DNA from: Methanothermobacter thermautotrophicus str. Delta H
Lineage (GTDB): Archaea > Methanobacteriota > Methanobacteria > Methanobacteriales > Methanothermobacteraceae
Reading direction: 5' to 3'
DNA length: 32,000 nt
Assembly: GCF_000008645.1 (NCBI RefSeq)
Contig: NC_000916.1
Span: 690,001 to 722,000 of the forward strand
Below, one piece after another: positions 27,504 to 32,000 of the stretch. Made by a program: the position numbers and the translations under genes. A model generated the notes under the pieces. That model worked only from the letters and a program-made list of their open reading frames with translations. It had not been told where the DNA came from and did no database searches. Position 1 is the stretch's first letter. Each line of letters opens with the position of its first letter.

Positions 27504-28835
27504 TCATGATATGAAGGGCGCTGCCAGGGTTGTGATCACAAGGACCGTCAGGATGATACCCACAGCTATGATGGGAATTCCGGCCCTCGGTATGTCCCTC
27601 AGCTTAACGTAGCCGGAACCGTAGGCCATTGCAACTGTTGGGTCTGCCATTGGGAGCATGAATGACAGTGAACATGCGATTGCAACGGGTACAGCGTATA
27701 CCCCGATGGGCTGGTGCTGTGCAGATGCAAGGGTCACAGAGAGGGGGACAAGGATGGCTGAGAGGGCTATATTGGACATCACCTGGGTGATGATCACCGC
27801 CACAGCCATAAGCACGAGCATGACGATTACAGTCGATGGGTCTGAACCAAGCATACCCACAAGTTTATCAATTATCCATGCTGCCGCCCCGGTCTTGAGG
27901 AGTGCGCTTCCAAGGGAGAGTGCCCCTCCAAAGAACACCACCAGACCCCAGTCAATGTTCTTCTGTGCGTCCTTCCATGTTATTACACCCGCGAATATGA
28001 ACATCACAGCAGCTATAAGTGACACAGAGTAGCTGTTGATACCTGTGAAGCCAGCTGTAACCCACAGCAGGATGGCAAAGAGGAGTATCCCTGCGCTGAG
28101 CTTCTCATCCCTGCTCATTGAGCCCATCATCCTGATCCTTTCACCTATCAGGGCATCTCCATTTTCGAGGGCCCTGACCTCGCTTGGAAAAATCCTCATG
28201 AGGAGGAACCATGTGACCAGGAGCATTGCAATCGAAAGTGGAAGACCGAATATCATCCAGTTAAGGAAGGGTATGCTGGTGTAGGCCGCTGCCATGAGGT
28301 TGGGGGCAGTTCCTATCTCTGTACCGAATCCACCGGCAAGGGACCCGAATGATGCCCCGAGTATCATGGCCTTTGCATAGTTACTCTTTCCCTTCTCAGG
28401 TTCAGAGCAGCCCATTATATCCACTATCTCCTTTATGATGGGTAGGAGCATTGCAAAGGCAACAACATTCTCAATCCATGCAGAAAGAAGACCCGTCGAG
28501 AATATGCTTACAAACAGTCCCCTCTCCGGTGAGGTTCCAAGCCTCCCCAGGAGGTAGTAGGTGAACCTCTGGGCGAGACCACTCTTCCTTATGGCCTCTG
28601 CCATTATAAATCCCCCAATCATGAGGAAGAGTATGGGATTTGCAAAACCTATAACCGCGTTTTCAAAGCTCTCAACACCAATGAGTGGCTGTGCGAAGAG
28701 TATTATGAGTGATGTCACAGCCAGGGGCACGGCCTCCGTTGCCCACATTGTAACTGCAAAAACGAGTAAAGCAAGTGCTGCGTGTCCTGAAGCCCTTAGA
28801 CCCGGTAGTGGTACCAGGTATACTGCAAGGGCCAA
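27504..28835 (-). CDS. DASS/SLC13-family sodium:dicarboxylate-type transporter (N terminus uncertain)
   Basis: [88 protein letters not shown]. Confidence 0.88.
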   Translation of the reverse strand: MALAVYLVPLPGLRASGHAALALLVFAVTMWATEAVPLAVTSLIILFAQPLIGVESFENAVIGFANPILFLMIGGFIMAEAIRKSGLAQRFTYYLLGRLGTSPERGLFVSIFSTGLLSAWIENVVAFAMLLPIIKEIVDIMGCSEPEKGKSNYAKAMILGASFGSLAGGFGTEIGTAPNLMAAAYTSIPFLNWMIFGLPLSIAMLLVTWFLLMRIFPSEVRALENGDALIGERIRMMGSMSRDEKLSAGILLFAILLWVTAGFTGINSYSVSLIAAVMFIFAGVITWKDAQKNIDWGLVVFFGGALSLGSALLKTGAAAWIIDKLVGMLGSDPSTVIVMLVLMAVAVIITQVMSNIALSAILVPLSVTLASAQHQPIGVYAVPVAIACSLSFMLPMADPTVAMAYGSGYVKLRDIPRAGIPIIAVGIILTVLVITTLAAPFIS

Positions 28836-29096
28836 TAAAAGGCTCAGAATAAATCCTTTTCTGGCATCCGTAATATTACCTCCACAATTTAATAAAGATA
28901 CATCAAGAGATTTAAAGTTGGTTTGCTTTTTATCAGTAACAAACTACGAGATCAAAACCTAAAGGTCAATTTTCTTTTTTAGAAATTAATAAACTTTTCT
29001 ATAAGCTTTGATTTACCTGTTAACAAAACTTTGATAAGTATCGTCCAGGCCATTTACGGGAGGTTATTTAGGTCATGAATCTTTCTTTTCAGTCCT

Positions 29097-29822
29097 TTAA
29101 GAGGTTAGATACATGGCTGCCCAGATTATCCCAACTATCACAGGCTGGTGGACCAGGTAAACCTTCAGTGAGTTTCTTCCGATCAGCTGAAGTAGAGAGG
29201 GACTCCATGCCCTTAATCCAAATCTTCTACGGTATCCCGGGTAGAGGGTGTCTCCGGTGAAGATTCCGAGGAGCACAACACCCAGCCACGGGAAAAGCGG
29301 GAAGTAGTCAAGGGTGTAAAGATTATAGGGCCTGATTCCAAGCCACATCAGGAGGGGAGTTTCAACCCGCAGCCCTGACATCAGGACCCCCACCGTGATT
29401 GCAACAGCCGATAATGCAAGTGCAACGGTTCTCCTTCCAGCAAGGGGGTGTGTGAGTATCACTGCAAGGCCTATGAAGTGGAGGACCCCGAAGACAATGA
29501 AACCATTGTGGGGGTAGATCCATGTTGCGGCGGTGATGACCATCCCCCAGAGGAATATCTTCAGACCTCTTATGATGTAATGCCGCCTGGAGGTAACCCC
29601 TCTTCTTGAATGGCTCAGGCTGAGGGACACCCCAACCAGGAATATGAAAAGGAACGCCGTCAGCCTGCCTGTGAACCAGATCACCGGCGACCCCATGTCA
29701 AGATCCAGCACACCCAGGAAGTCAAGATCAAAGAGGGTATGATATACAATCATCATCAGGACGGCGGCGCCCCTAAGTGCATCGACCTCCCCGAACCTTT
29801 CAGTTACATGAACTGTACCCAT
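29097..29822 (-). CDS. DUF1624 / heparan-alpha-glucosaminide N-acetyltransferase-like membrane protein
   Basis: ERFGEVDALRGAAVLMMIVYHTLFDLDFLG, FTGRLTAFLFIFLVGVSLSLSHSRR, NSLKVYLVHQPVIVGIIW. Confidence 0.8.
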   Translation of the reverse strand: MGTVHVTERFGEVDALRGAAVLMMIVYHTLFDLDFLGVLDLDMGSPVIWFTGRLTAFLFIFLVGVSLSLSHSRRGVTSRRHYIIRGLKIFLWGMVITAATWIYPHNGFIVFGVLHFIGLAVILTHPLAGRRTVALALSAVAITVGVLMSGLRVETPLLMWLGIRPYNLYTLDYFPLFPWLGVVLLGIFTGDTLYPGYRRRFGLRAWSPSLLQLIGRNSLKVYLVHQPVIVGIIWAAMYLTS

Positions 29823-29907
29823 GCAGGACCTCCGCTTAATATATGAACCCCCTGAGGATAAAAGAAGATGCCCCGGATCATGGCAGGATCAAAAGAAAAA
29901 TAGAAAA

Positions 29908-29917
29908 CTTTATATAA
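29908..29917 (+). promoter_or_regulatory. TATA box for the tandem tRNA-Gly genes
   Basis: CTTTATATAA located about 35-40 nt upstream of the first mature tRNA. Confidence 0.65.
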
Positions 29918-29949
29918 GATGACCTCAAATCTCTTTTATGCCTACGAAT

Positions 29950-30025
<76 letters not shown>

Positions 30026-30026
30026 A

Positions 30027-30100
30027 GCGGTTGTAGTCTAGTCTGGTTAGGACTCGGGCCTTCCAAGCCCGCGACCCGGGTTCAAATCCCGGCAACCGCA
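30027..30100 (+). tRNA. tRNA-Gly (UCC anticodon)
   Basis: Acceptor GCGGTTG/CAACCGC, anticodon stem CGGGC/GCCCG with loop CTTCCAA, T arm CCGGG-TTCAAAT-CCCGG, discriminator A. Confidence 0.96.
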
Positions 30101-30103
30101 TAT

Positions 30104-30187
30104 AAACTGCTTCTGTCAATCTTGTTCTAGATTCTCATGCACTGCTTCTATTCAAACTGCTTCTATAAGTCCTGTTCTAGATTTCCA
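30104..30187 (+). repeat. Two diverged 34-bp direct repeats (30104-30137, 30154-30187), 50-bp period, plus a partial copy between them
   Basis: AAACTGCTTCTGTCAATCTTGTTCTAGATTCTCA versus AAACTGCTTCTATAAGTCCTGTTCTAGATTTCCA (28/34 identical by eye); ACTGCTTCTATTC at 30141-30153. Confidence 0.7.
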
Positions 30188-30422
30188 CGTACACTGATCC
30201 TTTTTCTATTGATTCAATGCCCATCTAATTTCAGATTCGGGGATGGCATCCAGTTAAAGATTACAGGTCCCATTTATCAGACTTACATGCTTTTTGAGAG
30301 TCTCTAACGCGGGTGCCATATATCATCTATATATATCAGAAGCCATGATAGTAGAGCAAGGAATAAATACTTTAATTTTAGAATAATAACAGGATCCAGA
30401 CTAATATTATGGTGTGATACTC

Positions 30423-31463
30423 ATGGCTGGAATAGTCGGATATGGAGTTTACATTCCATCATACAGAATAAAGGTTGAAGAAATCGCGAGGGTCTGGGGA
30501 GACGACCCCCAGGCCATATCAAGGGGGCTGGTTGTGGAGGAAAAATCGGTCCCTGGTCCTGATGAGGACACAGCAACAATCTCAGTTGAAGCTGCCCGTA
30601 ATGCCCTCAGAAGGAGCCAGATAGATCCCTCAGAGATAGGAGCTGTCTATGTGGGATCAGAATCCCACCCCTACGCTGTTAAGCCAACAGCAACAATCGT
30701 TGCAGAGGCTGTTGAGGCAACACCCGAGATGACAGCAGCTGACCTTGAGTTCGCATGTAAGGCAGGTACCGCAGGTATACAGGCCTGCATGGGACTTGTT
30801 GACTCAGGCATAATCAAGTACGGCCTTGCAGTCGGTGCTGACACAGCCCAGGGAGCCCCCGGTGACGCCCTTGAGTACACTGCATCAGCAGGAGGGGCAG
30901 CCTATGTTATAGGTGGAAAGAACTGCCTTGCAGATATAAAGGAAACCTACAGCTTCACAACAGACACCCCCGACTTCTACAGGAGGGAGGGAATGCCCTA
31001 CCCCCGGCACGGGGGAAGATTCACCGGTGAACCCGCCTACTTCAAGCATGTCCTGGGAGCCGCGAGGGGTATGATGGAGAAGACCGGTCTCAGCGCAGAT
31101 GACTTCGACTACGCGGTCTTCCACCAGCCAAACGGGAAGTTCTACCTGAAGGCCGCTCGCAAACTGGGATTTGAAAGCGAACAGGTTAAACCGGGACTTT
31201 TGACGCCTGTGATAGGGAACACCTACTCAGGTGCAACACCAGTAGGCCTTGCAGCAACCCTTGACGTTGCAGAACCAGGCGCAAGGATACTGGCAGTGTC
31301 CTATGGTTCAGGTGCCGGGAGCGACGCCTTCATAATAGAGGTGAATGATCTCATAGAGGAGAGGCGTGACCTTGCACCATCCGTGGCCGAGATCATCAAA
31401 AATAAGAGGTACGTCGACTATGCCTTATACGCCAAATTCAAGGGCAAACTCAGGATGGCTTAA
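30423..31463 (+). CDS. Hydroxymethylglutaryl-CoA synthase, archaeal type
   Basis: [56 protein letters not shown]-like segment, [32 protein letters not shown]. Confidence 0.94.
   Translation: MAGIVGYGVYIPSYRIKVEEIARVWGDDPQAISRGLVVEEKSVPGPDEDTATISVEAARNALRRSQIDPSEIGAVYVGSESHPYAVKPTATIVAEAVEATPEMTAADLEFACKAGTAGIQACMGLVDSGIIKYGLAVGADTAQGAPGDALEYTASAGGAAYVIGGKNCLADIKETYSFTTDTPDFYRREGMPYPRHGGRFTGEPAYFKHVLGAARGMMEKTGLSADDFDYAVFHQPNGKFYLKAARKLGFESEQVKPGLLTPVIGNTYSGATPVGLAATLDVAEPGARILAVSYGSGAGSDAFIIEVNDLIEERRDLAPSVAEIIKNKRYVDYALYAKFKGKLRMA

Positions 31464-32000
<537 letters not shown>

Overview
This window looks like an ordinary, gene-dense housekeeping segment of a methanogen chromosome, most likely Methanobacteriales and Methanothermobacter-like. 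That assignment rests on gene content and is an inference, since no database search was run. I can support about 26 protein-coding loci and three tRNAs. The minus strand carries a prenyltransferase-like repeat protein upstream of an MFS transporter cut by the window edge; nth-like glycosylase, small GTPase, aroA and valS; a secreted 'NCCS' protein; YjbQ/UPF0047, a DUF362-ferredoxin protein, mch, thymidylate synthase, MetE-type methyltransferase, DUF1894 and DUF1890; a membrane protein and a GNAT; DUF354, hypB and hypA; LonB; a PAS-only sensor; a DASS/SLC13 transporter; and a DUF1624-like membrane protein. The plus strand carries a DnaJ-Zn/S1/OB/DHH phosphoesterase, a frameshifted small membrane protein, pheT, prs, cobQ/cbiP, HMG-CoA synthase and the start of a thiolase. 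The tRNAs are Ala-GGC and a Gly-GCC/Gly-UCC tandem separated by 2 nt. I found no CRISPR array, transposon, provirus or recognisable defence island, so I do not claim a new system. The best leads are: (a) a secreted protein with a possible N-terminal-nucleophile 'NCCS' motif; (b) an endonuclease III homologue whose FeS-cluster motif has His in place of the second Cys; (c) a one-base frameshift in a G4 run splitting an otherwise coherent membrane protein missed by the ORF track; (d) tight coupling of DUF1894/DUF1890 to MetE, thymidylate synthase and mch; (e) diverged 34-bp direct repeats with a 50-bp period just downstream of the tRNA-Gly pair.
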